Below, in pieces: positions 7,766 through 17,365 of a stretch of DNA of 64,000 nucleotides. A program made the position numbers and the translations under genes. The stretch spans positions 31,361 through 95,360 of the forward strand of contig CAVZJB010000010.1 of assembly GCA_963775425.1 (NCBI GenBank). The letters are read 5' to 3'. Below the pieces are notes generated by a model. That model did no database searches, was not told where the DNA came from, and saw only the letters and a list, made by a program, of their open reading frames with translations. Each line of letters begins with the position of its first letter. Within the stretch, counting starts at the first letter, position 1. This DNA is from an uncultured delta proteobacterium. Lineage in GTDB: Bacteria; Myxococcota; UBA727; VGSZ01.

Positions 7766-8886
7766 GCTCCGCCCCCTTCGCGCCCACCACTCCGTCGCTC
7801 GGCCAAGCGGCCCGCGGGCGAGGCGAGGGGCAAAAACGGAAGAACGTCGTCCGCGTCCTCGACGCCTGGTACGCCGCCTGTCAGTCCGACGACCTCGACG
7901 GCAAGCACCCGCTGCCGCGCATGGTGCTCGGTCTGCCGCTGGTGCTCTTCCGCGACGAAGACGGCCGGGCCGCGGCGCTCCTCGATCGCTGCCCGCACAG
8001 GAACGTCCCGTTGTCGCTCGGCAGCGTCGACGGCGGCGAGCTCAAGTGCCGCTACCACGGCTGGCGCTTCGACTGCGACGGCCGCTTGAAGGCGATCCCG
8101 GGTCTCCCCATCGTCAACGCCGCTGCCGAGCTCGACATGCCCGGGCGGCGCTGCCTGTCGTTCCCCGTGATCGAGCGCGACGGCTACGTGTGGGTTTGGG
8201 CGCAGCCGGCGCGGCCGCCGTCGACGGAGCCGTTCGCCCTGGCCCAGTGCCGGTGGCCCGGGTACCTGACGCTGCGCTGGGTGGGCGACGTCGAGGGCAC
8301 GCTGCACAGCACCCTCGAGAACATCCTCGACGTGCCGCACACCTCGTTCCTGCACGGCGGCCTCTTTCGCAAAGAGGAGAAGAAGAACGAGGTCACCGCG
8401 GTGGTGCGCCGCCGCGCCGACGGCGTCGAGGCCGAGTTCATCGGGGAGCCGCGGCCCGAGGGTCTGGCCGGGCGTGTGCTTTCGCCCTCCGGCGGCGTCG
8501 TCGTGCACTTCGACCGCTTCTTTTTGCCGTCGGTGGCGCAGGTGGAGTACCGGCTCGGCGAGGAAAACCACCTGGTGACGACGTCGATCTGTACGCCGGT
8601 CACCGAGACGCGCACCCGGATGTTCACGTGCTTGAGCGTGCGCACCCGCCTGCCCATCCGGCTGCTCGCCCCGTTCGTCATCCCGGTGGCATGGAAGATC
8701 CTGGCCCAGGATCGCTTCATCCTGGGCGCGCAGACCGAGCTGGTGGACCGCTTCCGGACCGAGACCTTCTCGTCGACGCCCATCGATCTGCTCGGTCCCC
8801 ACATCCTCCACCTCTTGAAGAAGGCCGAGGCCGGCGCCCTGCACGAGGCCATCGTGCGCGAGGAGACCCTCCAGCTCCTCACCTAG
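7762..8886 (+). CDS. Rieske non-heme iron oxygenase alpha subunit (VanA-like)
   Basis: DRCPHR...CRYHGW Rieske ligands; ENILDVPHTSFLH mononuclear iron motif. Confidence 0.9.
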   Translation: MSSAPFAPTTPSLGQAARGRGEGQKRKNVVRVLDAWYAACQSDDLDGKHPLPRMVLGLPLVLFRDEDGRAAALLDRCPHRNVPLSLGSVDGGELKCRYHGWRFDCDGRLKAIPGLPIVNAAAELDMPGRRCLSFPVIERDGYVWVWAQPARPPSTEPFALAQCRWPGYLTLRWVGDVEGTLHSTLENILDVPHTSFLHGGLFRKEEKKNEVTAVVRRRADGVEAEFIGEPRPEGLAGRVLSPSGGVVVHFDRFFLPSVAQVEYRLGEENHLVTTSICTPVTETRTRMFTCLSVRTRLPIRLLAPFVIPVAWKILAQDRFILGAQTELVDRFRTETFSSTPIDLLGPHILHLLKKAEAGALHEAIVREETLQLLT

Positions 8887-8931
8887 GCGCAAAGCCGTGA
8901 GCGCTGGGCGGTGGGATCGTAGATTCCCGAG

Positions 8932-9606
8932 GTGGACGTGCACGCCCTCGCCATCCAGGCGCTCGATTGGCTCGGAGCGCTTCCGCCGTGGGCGGCGCTC
9001 GCGTTCTGCGGCTTCATCGCGTTCATCGAGTATCCGGTGCCGCCGCTGCCCCACGACATCGTCGTCGTCGCCGGCGGCATCCTCGCCGCGCGCGGGCTCA
9101 TCGATCCCTACCTGCTCATCGGCGTCGTGACCGTGGGCTCCATGCTCGGCGCCCTCGCCGCCTGGTACCTCGGCCGCCTCGCGGGCGATCACCCGCGGGT
9201 GCGCAAGTTCGTCTTGCGCTTCGTCAGCCAAGCGAGCTTCGATCGCATCGGCCGCCGCTACCAGAAGTGGGGTCGCATGCTCATCGCCGCCAACCGCTTC
9301 CTCCCCGGTGTCCGCACCACGCTGATGTTCGGCGCCGGGATGTTCCGCGTGCCCGCCAAGGACGTCGCCATCTTCGGCGCGCTGTCGGCGTTCCTCTGGA
9401 ACGGCCTGCTCATCGGCGCCGGCGTGCTCCTCGGCGAGAACCTCGACGAGGTGCTCGGCTGGGTGGAGCGGTACAGCCTGGTCGCGTGGATCGTCGTCGG
9501 CGTCGCCGTGGCCGTGTTCGTGGGCCGGCTGTGGTGGCTGGCCCGACGACGACGCGCCGCGCGTCCCCCGCCGGCGGGCACGCCGGCGCCGGGATCATCC
9601 GGATGA
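8932..9606 (+). CDS. DedA family membrane protein
   Basis: GSMLGA...YLGR and RFLPGVR motifs; hydrophobic helices. Confidence 0.88.
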   Translation: MDVHALAIQALDWLGALPPWAALAFCGFIAFIEYPVPPLPHDIVVVAGGILAARGLIDPYLLIGVVTVGSMLGALAAWYLGRLAGDHPRVRKFVLRFVSQASFDRIGRRYQKWGRMLIAANRFLPGVRTTLMFGAGMFRVPAKDVAIFGALSAFLWNGLLIGAGVLLGENLDEVLGWVERYSLVAWIVVGVAVAVFVGRLWWLARRRRAARPPPAGTPAPGSSG

Positions 9607-12506
9607 AGCTCTGCGAGACGTGCGGCGGCTGCTTCGACGACGACTACGACGCCTGCGGCTACGACGGCGGCGCCCTCGTGACCTTCTTTCCCGGCCCGCG
9701 GGTCATCGGCGCGCGCTACCTCCTCGAGCAGCGCGTGGCCGCCGGCGCCATGGGCGTGGTGGTGCGCGCCACGCACCTTCAAGTGGGCTCCACCGTGGCC
9801 GTGAAGCTCATGCGCCCCGAGAACGAGGACACGCACGTGGCGCTCGCGCGCTTCCAGCGCGAGGCGCAGATCCTCGGGCAGATCAAGCACCCGAACGCCG
9901 TGCTCGTCATCGACTTCGGCGTCGAGCAGCGCGGCCACGACAGCGCGCCCTATCTCGTCATGGAGTTCTTGCGCGGCGAGAGCCTCTCGAGCGTCCTCGA
10001 GCGCCGCGGGCCGCTGTCGCTCGACGAGCTCGAGCGCATCCTCGGCCCGCTGTGCGACGCCGTGGAGGAGGCGCACGCCGTCGGCGTCATCCACCGCGAC
10101 ATCAAGCCGGGCAACGTGGTGCTCGAGCGGCTGCGCGACGGCAGCGAGATCGTGAAGGTGCTCGACTTCGGCATCGCGCGCTACCTGTCGTCGTCGCGCG
10201 GCGCCGACGGCCCACGACGCGCCGACGTCGAGCCCGTCGCTGCCGGGGCGACGGCGCCGGAGCCGGTGACGCTCGAGGGCTTCGCGCTCTCCGGCGACGG
10301 TGACGAGATCGACGAGCTCGCGGAGCTCCTCGCCGACGACGACGACGAAGACGAGGCGTGGCTCGCGGAGGTGGTCTCCACGCGGCAGGAGGTGGCGCGC
10401 CCCACCGTGTCCGAGCGCGTCCCCGGGACGCCGCGCCCCGCCGTCGTCGACGGCGGCGCCGTGGGCGGCGGCGGCGCGGCGCGCGATCCCACCACCGAGG
10501 CGGGCATCATGATCGGCACGGTGCCGTACATGGCGCCGGAGCAGATGACGGGGGAGCGCATCTCCGTCCGCACCGACGTGCACGCGGTGGCGGTGCTCGC
10601 GTTTCAATGCCTGGCGGGGCGCCTGCCCTACGAGGGCGAGGACGACGAGATCATCGCCGCCAAGCTCGCCGACGAGCGACCGTCGCTCTTCGACGTCGGT
10701 GTCGACGCGCCCGCGGAGGTCGAAGACGTCCTGCGGCGCTCCTTCGCGCTCGACCCCGCCGAGCGGCCGGCCACGGTGCGCGAGATCGGCGAGGTGCTCA
10801 AACACGCGGTCCACGCCGCGCGCGCGCCCTCCGGCGCTCCGCTCGTGGGCGCGCGGGCCGGCGCGGACGGCGGCTTCGACGCCGTCGCCGAGATCGAGGC
10901 CATCACGCGATCCCTGGCGGGGGCGGAGGCGGCGGCCCACGGCTGGGTCGAGAGCGCCGCCGGCGAGGAGCACTACAAGAAGGCGCGCGACGCGCTGCTC
11001 GCGGTGGACGCGCCGCTCAAGCGGGTGCGCGCGGTGGTGGAGGCCGCGGAGCCGCTCGACGACGACGACGACCGCGCCGCGCTCGTCGACGCGCGGCGCG
11101 CGCTCGAGGCGCAGGTGAGCGCCGTGCGCCGGAGCCTCGCGCGCATCGAGCCGGCGCCGGGGCCGGTGGCGGGCGGCGTGGCCACCGAATACGGCGACTA
11201 CCTCGCGGCGCTGTGGACGCGGCTCGACGCCACCGCGCAGGAGATCGTCGCGGCGCTGAAGGCCGTGACCGGCGAGGACAAGGCGGCGGACACCGGCCCG
11301 TACGTCGCCGTGCAGCTCTTCGCAGAGGCGGACTCGCCGCGCGACCTCACGCTCGCGGACATCACCGATCGACTCCTCGCGCGCGATCCGCTCGACGCCG
11401 TCGACGCCGTCGAGGAGCTCCTGCAAAGCGGCGTGGAGCTGGTGGTGCACGCGCTCGGCCCCGGCGGCGACGACGCGACGGCGGTGCGCCTCGCCCGCGG
11501 CCTCTGGCGCCACGCGGACACCATCCTGTTGCACGAGCTGTCGCCGGCGCGGCGCGCGTTTCGATTGCTGCCGTTCCTCGCGGGGCTCCGCGGCCCTACC
11601 GCGGCGCCGTTCGCGCTGTTGGCGCGGATGTTCGGCGCCGCCGCCCTCGACGACGACGGCGTCAGCCTGGGCCTCGCCGCGCTCGAGCGCGCCGACGATC
11701 GCGCCGTGCTCGCGCGCTGCCTGCTCGTGCACCCGAGCGAGGTCGCGCGCCGACGCGCGGCGGCGTCGCTCGAGCTGTCGGACCTGTGGAACGTCATCGC
11801 GCATCCGTCGACGCCGGTGGCGGTGTGCAGCTTCCTCTTTCAGCACGTGTCCGAGCGCGCGCCCAACGAGTACCTCAAGATCTTCTTCTTCTGCGTGCGC
11901 GAGAGCCTGCGCGCGGCGGCCTCGGGCAAGGACGTGCTCGACGCGCTGGCGCTCGTGTCGAGGTTCTTCCAGATCCCGTGCTTCCACGAGGACATCGTGT
12001 TCGAGCCGCTGCTCGACCTCGACCGCACGCTGCGCGCCCGCTCCGCCGGCTTCGAGGACGCCGCGTACGCCGAGGCCCTCGCCGCGTTCACGGCCGGCGG
12101 CGCGCACGAGAGCAAGCCGCTCGAGCACATGCGCGACATCCCGCTGGCCATCCAGCGAAAGCTCGCGCGCGAGGGGCGCTTCCTCACCTACTTCGTCAGC
12201 CACAGCAACGATCGCGTCGCGCGCGAGACGCTGCCGCACTTGTTTCGTCTCGACGACATCACGCCGTTTTTGCGCATCGCCACCATCCACCGCGTGGTGC
12301 TCACCGAGCTCGCCAAGCGCAAGCGCTTCTTCCGCAAAGAGCCGCCCAAGCTCGCGCTGCTGCAAAACCCCAAGACGCCGGCGATCATCGCGCGCGTGTT
12401 TCTTCCCCTGGTCGCGAGCGAGCAGTTGCGCTTGCTCGCGGGCAACAAGCACATCAACCCCGACGTCCGCCGCCTCATCACCGCCACGCTCGCGCGCGGG
12501 CACTGA
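9603..12506 (+). CDS. Ser/Thr protein kinase with N-terminal Cys motif, long activation-segment insertion and helical C-terminal domain
   Basis: MKLCETC; GAMGVV, HRDIKPGN, DFG and YMAPEQ; ATGA overlap with dedA. Confidence 0.9.
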   Translation: MKLCETCGGCFDDDYDACGYDGGALVTFFPGPRVIGARYLLEQRVAAGAMGVVVRATHLQVGSTVAVKLMRPENEDTHVALARFQREAQILGQIKHPNAVLVIDFGVEQRGHDSAPYLVMEFLRGESLSSVLERRGPLSLDELERILGPLCDAVEEAHAVGVIHRDIKPGNVVLERLRDGSEIVKVLDFGIARYLSSSRGADGPRRADVEPVAAGATAPEPVTLEGFALSGDGDEIDELAELLADDDDEDEAWLAEVVSTRQEVARPTVSERVPGTPRPAVVDGGAVGGGGAARDPTTEAGIMIGTVPYMAPEQMTGERISVRTDVHAVAVLAFQCLAGRLPYEGEDDEIIAAKLADERPSLFDVGVDAPAEVEDVLRRSFALDPAERPATVREIGEVLKHAVHAARAPSGAPLVGARAGADGGFDAVAEIEAITRSLAGAEAAAHGWVESAAGEEHYKKARDALLAVDAPLKRVRAVVEAAEPLDDDDDRAALVDARRALEAQVSAVRRSLARIEPAPGPVAGGVATEYGDYLAALWTRLDATAQEIVAALKAVTGEDKAADTGPYVAVQLFAEADSPRDLTLADITDRLLARDPLDAVDAVEELLQSGVELVVHALGPGGDDATAVRLARGLWRHADTILLHELSPARRAFRLLPFLAGLRGPTAAPFALLARMFGAAALDDDGVSLGLAALERADDRAVLARCLLVHPSEVARRRAAASLELSDLWNVIAHPSTPVAVCSFLFQHVSERAPNEYLKIFFFCVRESLRAAASGKDVLDALALVSRFFQIPCFHEDIVFEPLLDLDRTLRARSAGFEDAAYAEALAAFTAGGAHESKPLEHMRDIPLAIQRKLAREGRFLTYFVSHSNDRVARETLPHLFRLDDITPFLRIATIHRVVLTELAKRKRFFRKEPPKLALLQNPKTPAIIARVFLPLVASEQLRLLAGNKHINPDVRRLITATLARGH

Positions 12507-12578
12507 GCGGCGTCGCCGGCGCCGCCTGCGTGCGCGGAGACGCTTGCGCGGGCGCCGGAACCTGCTCAAAATGAGCGC

Positions 12579-14000
12579 GTGCGCGCACAGAACGACACCG
12601 TCGCCCGCCCTCGCGCCCGGCCCGCCGCCGCCGCTCCCGTCAAGAGCGCGCTCGAGCGCACCCTGGGGGAGGCGGTGCGGGCGGTGCGCATCCTGCGCGG
12701 CGAGGGCGCGCGCACCCTCCGGCTCGACGAGAGCGCGCGCTACGTCCTCGGCAGGCACGACGCGGCCGACATCGTCTTCGACGCGCCCGAGGTCTCGCGG
12801 CTGCACGGCGTCCTGCGCTTCGTCGGCGGCGCCTGGCGCTACGAGGACTACGGCAGCCAGAACGGGTCCACGCTCGTGCGGCTCGACGACATCCGCGCGG
12901 TCCCCGCGCACGCTCCCGTGGAGCTGCGCGCGCTGGACGTCCTGGAGCTCGGCGGCGAGGGCGCGCGCATCGAGCTGCTCCCGGCGAGCGAGGCCGACGA
13001 CGATGACGACGACGGCGCCCGCAGCCTCGACGTCGTCGTGTCCAAGGCCGCGCGCGCCTTCGCCGAGCGCGTGCGGCTGGCGGCGCGCACGCGCGTCCCC
13101 GTGTTCCTCCTCGGACCCTCGGGCGTGGGCAAGACGTTCACCGCGCGGGAGATCCACGACGCGTCGGCGCTGCCGGGCCCGTTCGTCCCCGTGAACTGCG
13201 CAAGGCTGCCGCAGGAGCCCACGGCGCTTCACAGCGAGCTGCTTGGACACGTGAAGGGCGCGTACACCGGGGCCGACGGCGCGCGCACCGGCAAGCTCGT
13301 GTTCGCCGACGGCGGCACGCTGTTCCTCGACGAGGTGGAGAGCCTGCCGGCGCTGGCGCAGGGCTTCCTCCTCGACGTGCTCGAGGGCTCCGGTGACCTG
13401 GCGCCGCTCGGCGCGCAGGCGCCGCGCCTGAAGCCCATCACCTTTCGTCTGGTGGCGGCGTCCAAGCTGCCGCTCGGCAAGAGCGGCTTGCGCGACGACC
13501 TGTGCGAGCGCCTCGCCGAGGGGCACCTGTGGCGCGTGCCCGGGCTCGAGGAGCGGCGAGAGGACATCCCCGGGCTCTTGCGCCGGTTCGCGGCGGAGCA
13601 GGAGAAGATGCTGGGGGCGCGCGTGAGCATCCCGCCCGCGGCCGTGCGCTTCTGTGTCGACGCGCCGTGGCCCGGTCAGATCCGGCAGTTGCGCGCCTCG
13701 GTGGTGGCGCTGTCGCAGCTCGGGCTCGCGCGGTTGTCCGAGCGCGCCGAGCGCACGGGGGGCAAGCGCCCGGAGATCGTGCTGCGCGACGGCGACTTCG
13801 CGGCGCACCTCGCCGAGCGCGAGCTGGTCTTCGGCGACGACGACGCCGTGCGCACCAAGGCCGACCCCCGCGCGCTCACGGCGGCGCAGCTCCGCCGCGC
13901 GCTGGCGAACGCGAGCGGCTCGCGCACGGCCGCCGCCAAGGCCCTCGGCATCTCGCGCAACACGCTCGCGAAGAAGGCGCGCGAGCTCGGCGTGGACTGA
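12579..14000 (+). CDS. FHA-domain sigma54-dependent transcriptional activator
   Basis: FHA GR..SRLH..SQNGS; Walker A GPSGVGKT; GAYTGA; LFLDEV; WPGQIRQL; C-terminal Fis HTH. Confidence 0.9.
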   Translation: MRAQNDTVARPRARPAAAAPVKSALERTLGEAVRAVRILRGEGARTLRLDESARYVLGRHDAADIVFDAPEVSRLHGVLRFVGGAWRYEDYGSQNGSTLVRLDDIRAVPAHAPVELRALDVLELGGEGARIELLPASEADDDDDDGARSLDVVVSKAARAFAERVRLAARTRVPVFLLGPSGVGKTFTAREIHDASALPGPFVPVNCARLPQEPTALHSELLGHVKGAYTGADGARTGKLVFADGGTLFLDEVESLPALAQGFLLDVLEGSGDLAPLGAQAPRLKPITFRLVAASKLPLGKSGLRDDLCERLAEGHLWRVPGLEERREDIPGLLRRFAAEQEKMLGARVSIPPAAVRFCVDAPWPGQIRQLRASVVALSQLGLARLSERAERTGGKRPEIVLRDGDFAAHLAERELVFGDDDAVRTKADPRALTAAQLRRALANASGSRTAAAKALGISRNTLAKKARELGVD

Positions 14001-14087
14001 TGCGCGGAGCGGCGCTCCGCCCGGCGCGCCTCGTGCCATCGGTCGGGGCACCGATTCCGCCGGCGCGGCGGCGGTCGAGCATGCTGG

Positions 14088-15098
14088 ATGCTCTTCGTCG
14101 CAGCCTGCGCCGCGCTCGCGGTCGCTCTTCCTCCGGGCAGCGTCGTGGTCGGGACGTCGAGCATCGACGGCACCGCCACCGACGTCGTCCTCCTCGCGCC
14201 GAGCGGCGAGCGCGAGGTGCTCGGCAGCTTCGCGCATTCGCGCGGTCGCCTCCCGAAGGGAACGCTCGCCGGCGACACGCTGGTGACGACGTCCCAGGTC
14301 CCGGACGGCACGCGCTCCGTCGTCGAGATCACCAGCGCCGACGGCGCGCGCAAGATCGCGGGGACGGGCGCGATCGCCACCCAGGCGCCGCGGCTCGTCG
14401 ACGGCGCCCCGCTCTACGTCGCCGACGTCTCTCCCGGCGCGCCGGCCGCGCGCTTCGAGCTGCGCCGCGGCGACCGCGTGCTCGCGCGCTTCTCCGGCAC
14501 CTGGCTCACGCCCGCGTCGACGCGGGCGCCGCTCTTCCTCGCCGGCGACGCCGGCGGCGTCTGGGGCGCGCTCGCCCTGTCCTGCCCGCCGTCCGGGGCG
14601 GCGTGCTCGCTCGTGGAGCGCGCGCGCTTCGGCAAGGGGCGCTTCCGCGCGCTCGCCGCCGCGGGCGACCTCCTCGTCGTCGAGCGCGACGTCGACGCAG
14701 GCCACGCCGAGGTCATCGGCGTTCGCGCCGGCCAAGGGTCGAACGCGGAGCGCACCGTGCTGTGGCGCGGCCTCCCCGGCATGGACCCGCGCGCCTGCGG
14801 CGACGGCCTCGCGCTCGGCAACGGGAAGAAGCGCGCCGGCGTCGTCGTCGCCCGCGTGGAGCGCGGCAAGCTCGTCGACGTGCGCGAGCTCGACGGCGGG
14901 GTCGCCGGCGTGACCACACCGCTGTCGTGCGGCGTCGTCGACGGCGCCACGCTCGTGGCCGCGTGGCTCGACAAGGGCGCGTCGCTGCCGGGAGAGCTGT
15001 GGCTGTTTTCGACCAACGCCCCGGCCCGGCGGCTGCTCGCGCCTCACGCCGGTGACGCCGTCGAGGTGTACGGCGTCGTCGAGCGAGGTGCGCCGTGA
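14088..15098 (+). CDS. Hypothetical exported protein, beta-rich
   Basis: Signal-like N-terminus; host codon usage; coupled to the next gene. Confidence 0.6.
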   Translation: MLFVAACAALAVALPPGSVVVGTSSIDGTATDVVLLAPSGEREVLGSFAHSRGRLPKGTLAGDTLVTTSQVPDGTRSVVEITSADGARKIAGTGAIATQAPRLVDGAPLYVADVSPGAPAARFELRRGDRVLARFSGTWLTPASTRAPLFLAGDAGGVWGALALSCPPSGAACSLVERARFGKGRFRALAAAGDLLVVERDVDAGHAEVIGVRAGQGSNAERTVLWRGLPGMDPRACGDGLALGNGKKRAGVVVARVERGKLVDVRELDGGVAGVTTPLSCGVVDGATLVAAWLDKGASLPGELWLFSTNAPARRLLAPHAGDAVEVYGVVERGAP

Positions 15099-16708
15099 TC
15101 GCCGCCGTGCTCACGTCGCTGCTCGCGGCGCAGTGCTCGGGCGCCGCCTGCCCGAACCCGTGCACCGCGTGCGCGTTTCAACCGGTGCAGGGCACCGACC
15201 CCGACGCCGCCGGCTACCAGGACCTGTTCCGCGCCGTCGCCCAACGACAGGGCGCCGCGGACCTCCCGAGCGTCGCCACCATCGAGACCGGCCCGGACCG
15301 CGCGCGCGCAGCGTCGGAGTTTCCCTGCCGCCTGCTGCCGGCCATCGGCGCCGTGGAGTCGTCGATCACCGAGTTCTGCTCGGGCAACGGCCGCACCGTC
15401 ATCTCGTTCGACTGCGGCTTCGGCGTCATGCAGGTGACGAGCGGGGCCTCGAGGTATCCAGGCATCCAATCGCGCGCCGACGTCAACATCGCCGCCGGCG
15501 CCGACATCCTCGCGCAGAAGTGGAACGGCGATCAGAGCTTCGGCGGTCACTTCGGCGACAGCGACCCGAGCGTCCTCGAGAGTTGGTACTTCGCCGTGTG
15601 GGCGTACAACGGCTTCGTCTACGGCAACAACCCGAACAACCCCGACCTCCCCGCCAACCGGCCGCCCTTCCGCAGCCCGGGCTCACTGTCGCGCGGCAGC
15701 TATCCGTACCAGGAGCTCGTGTGGGGCTTCCTGCAGTTCCCGCTCGACAAGGGTGGCGTCGCCATGTGGGATCCGGTCGCCGTCAGCTACCCCGACGACG
15801 TCCCCAACCAGCCCGGGCTCTTCAACGTCTCGCTGCCGCTGCCGGCGCCGTCGCACGTCGACAGTTGCGTCGAGCAATGCCCGCCCGCGGGCTGCCCGCC
15901 GGCCGACGAGCGCGAGCTCATCCTCGACGACGCCGACGCCTCCTTCACCGTCGACGGCGACGTCTCCCACGACGACAGCGGCGGCTTCCGCGACGGCTTC
16001 CTCGACGCCGCCGTCGCGCCCGCCGGCGCGCCCACCGTCCACGCGCGCTTCGAGGGCACGGCGCCGTCGTCGGGGACCTTCGAGCTGGGCGGCTTCGTTC
16101 CCCTGGATCCGGCCACGTGCAGCGACGTCCACGTCGTCGTCCACGCGCGCGGCGCCGCGAGGGTCTTCTCTCTCGACGAGGGCGTGAACGGCGGGGTGTT
16201 CCAGACGCTCGGCGACGTCGTGCTCGAGCAGGGACAGCCCGTGGTCGTCGAGGTCGAAAACGACACCACGGATCCCGACGCCACGCACCGCGTGGGCATC
16301 GACGCGTTCCGTTTGTCGTGGAAGGGCGACGGCGACGTCGCCGCCGGCGCCGGCTGCGCCGACGACGTCGACTGCGCGGGCGACGCCCTCTGCCTCGCCG
16401 GCGCATGCGCCGCCGGGTGCAACGACGACGGCGCGGCCGCGTGCGACCCGGGCGCCGCCTGCGACGCCCCGAGCGGCCTGTGCGGCGACGGCGCGGGCGA
16501 AGGCGAAGGCGAAGGCGAGGGCGAGGGCGAGGGCGAGGGCGAGGGCGACATCGTCGTGCAGGTGCCGCCGCCCCGGGGCTGCACGTGCGACACCGGCGGC
16601 GGCGCTCCCTCCGGGGGCCCCTTCGCGCTCGGCGCGGCGCTCGCGCTCCTGTGCGCGACCCGGTTCATGCGCGGCCGCCGGCTCCCCCCGCTCGATCCCC
16701 GCGCGTGA
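15095..16708 (+). CDS. Exported lytic-transglycosylase/lysozyme-like protein with a beta-sandwich domain, Cys-rich region, (GE)n linker and MYXO-CTERM-like tail
   Basis: AIGAVES, GFGVMQV, NIAAGA and AVWAYNG SLT-type motifs; GCTC followed by hydrophobic then basic C-terminus. Confidence 0.72.
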   Translation: MIAAVLTSLLAAQCSGAACPNPCTACAFQPVQGTDPDAAGYQDLFRAVAQRQGAADLPSVATIETGPDRARAASEFPCRLLPAIGAVESSITEFCSGNGRTVISFDCGFGVMQVTSGASRYPGIQSRADVNIAAGADILAQKWNGDQSFGGHFGDSDPSVLESWYFAVWAYNGFVYGNNPNNPDLPANRPPFRSPGSLSRGSYPYQELVWGFLQFPLDKGGVAMWDPVAVSYPDDVPNQPGLFNVSLPLPAPSHVDSCVEQCPPAGCPPADERELILDDADASFTVDGDVSHDDSGGFRDGFLDAAVAPAGAPTVHARFEGTAPSSGTFELGGFVPLDPATCSDVHVVVHARGAARVFSLDEGVNGGVFQTLGDVVLEQGQPVVVEVENDTTDPDATHRVGIDAFRLSWKGDGDVAAGAGCADDVDCAGDALCLAGACAAGCNDDGAAACDPGAACDAPSGLCGDGAGEGEGEGEGEGEGEGEGDIVVQVPPPRGCTCDTGGGAPSGGPFALGAALALLCATRFMRGRRLPPLDPRA

Positions 16709-17280
16709 CGTCGTCCCGGGCGAAGAAGCGCGCGCTGACCGCGCTCGGCGCCGGCGCCGCCTGCGTCGCCGCGGCCTGCCTCCTCGTCGTCGCCGCGCGC
16801 GCCGGCGTGCTCCTGCCCGCCGTCGCCGCCGTCGCCTTCGCCGGCGTCGCCGCGTGGGTGGCCGGCGGGCGCGCGCGGCGACGGCACCTGCCCGGGGAGC
16901 GCGCCCGCCTGTTGCCGCCGCGCCCGAGCGGCCGCTGCCCCACCTGCGGCGCGCCGCTCGCCGCCGCCGCGGGCGCCCACGCGGCGCGCGCGTGCCCGCG
17001 CGGTCACGGCGCGCTCGTCCCCGCCCCCGCCAGCGAGCGGCTCCTCGAGCGCGCCGGGGGCAGCGCCGACGTCGTGCGCGCCGGAGGGTCGCGCGAGACA
17101 CCCGGTCCGGTGTGGCGCAAGCGCGTCCCCTGCCCCGCGTGCGCCGCCGAGATGCGCGTGGCGCTCGCCGACCGCGTCGGCCTCGGCCTCGACATGTGCC
17201 CCGGCTGCGGCGCGCTCTGGCTCGACGCGCCGGTGTGGCGCGAGCTCAGCGTCGACGGCGCGCTCCTGCCCGGACCGTGA
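16705..17280 (+). CDS. Membrane protein with two zf-TFIIB-like zinc ribbons
   Basis: Two TM segments, then CPTC..CPRGHG and CPAC..CPGCGALWLD. Confidence 0.65.
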   Translation: MTSSRAKKRALTALGAGAACVAAACLLVVAARAGVLLPAVAAVAFAGVAAWVAGGRARRRHLPGERARLLPPRPSGRCPTCGAPLAAAAGAHAARACPRGHGALVPAPASERLLERAGGSADVVRAGGSRETPGPVWRKRVPCPACAAEMRVALADRVGLGLDMCPGCGALWLDAPVWRELSVDGALLPGP

Positions 17281-17365
17281 CGACGACGGCCGCGGCGACG
17301 GTGAGGGCGCTGCGCGCGCCGGCGGCTTCGACGACAACGCAGGCCCACCGTCGTACGCTCGGCTC

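Noticed and set aside
13255-13277. GAYTGA instead of GAFTGA in the activator
   Set aside because: F-to-Y is a known natural variant of this loop and is not notable.
14025-14040. sigma54-like TGGCACG...GC on the minus strand
   Set aside because: It lacks the TTGC -12 element and points antisense into the activator gene; likely chance.
9258-15047. Very long antisense and alternate-frame ORFs (1929 aa here, many others such as 15787-18936 and 38071-41259)
   Set aside because: Shadow ORFs typical of high-GC DNA; they lie opposite genes with clear motifs and have no motifs of their own.
16494-16548. Short tandem repeats (GE run here; EAK x4 near 39935-39976; AST run near 47500-47560; Pro/Ser run near 52400-52490)
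   Set aside because: All are in-frame low-complexity protein linkers.
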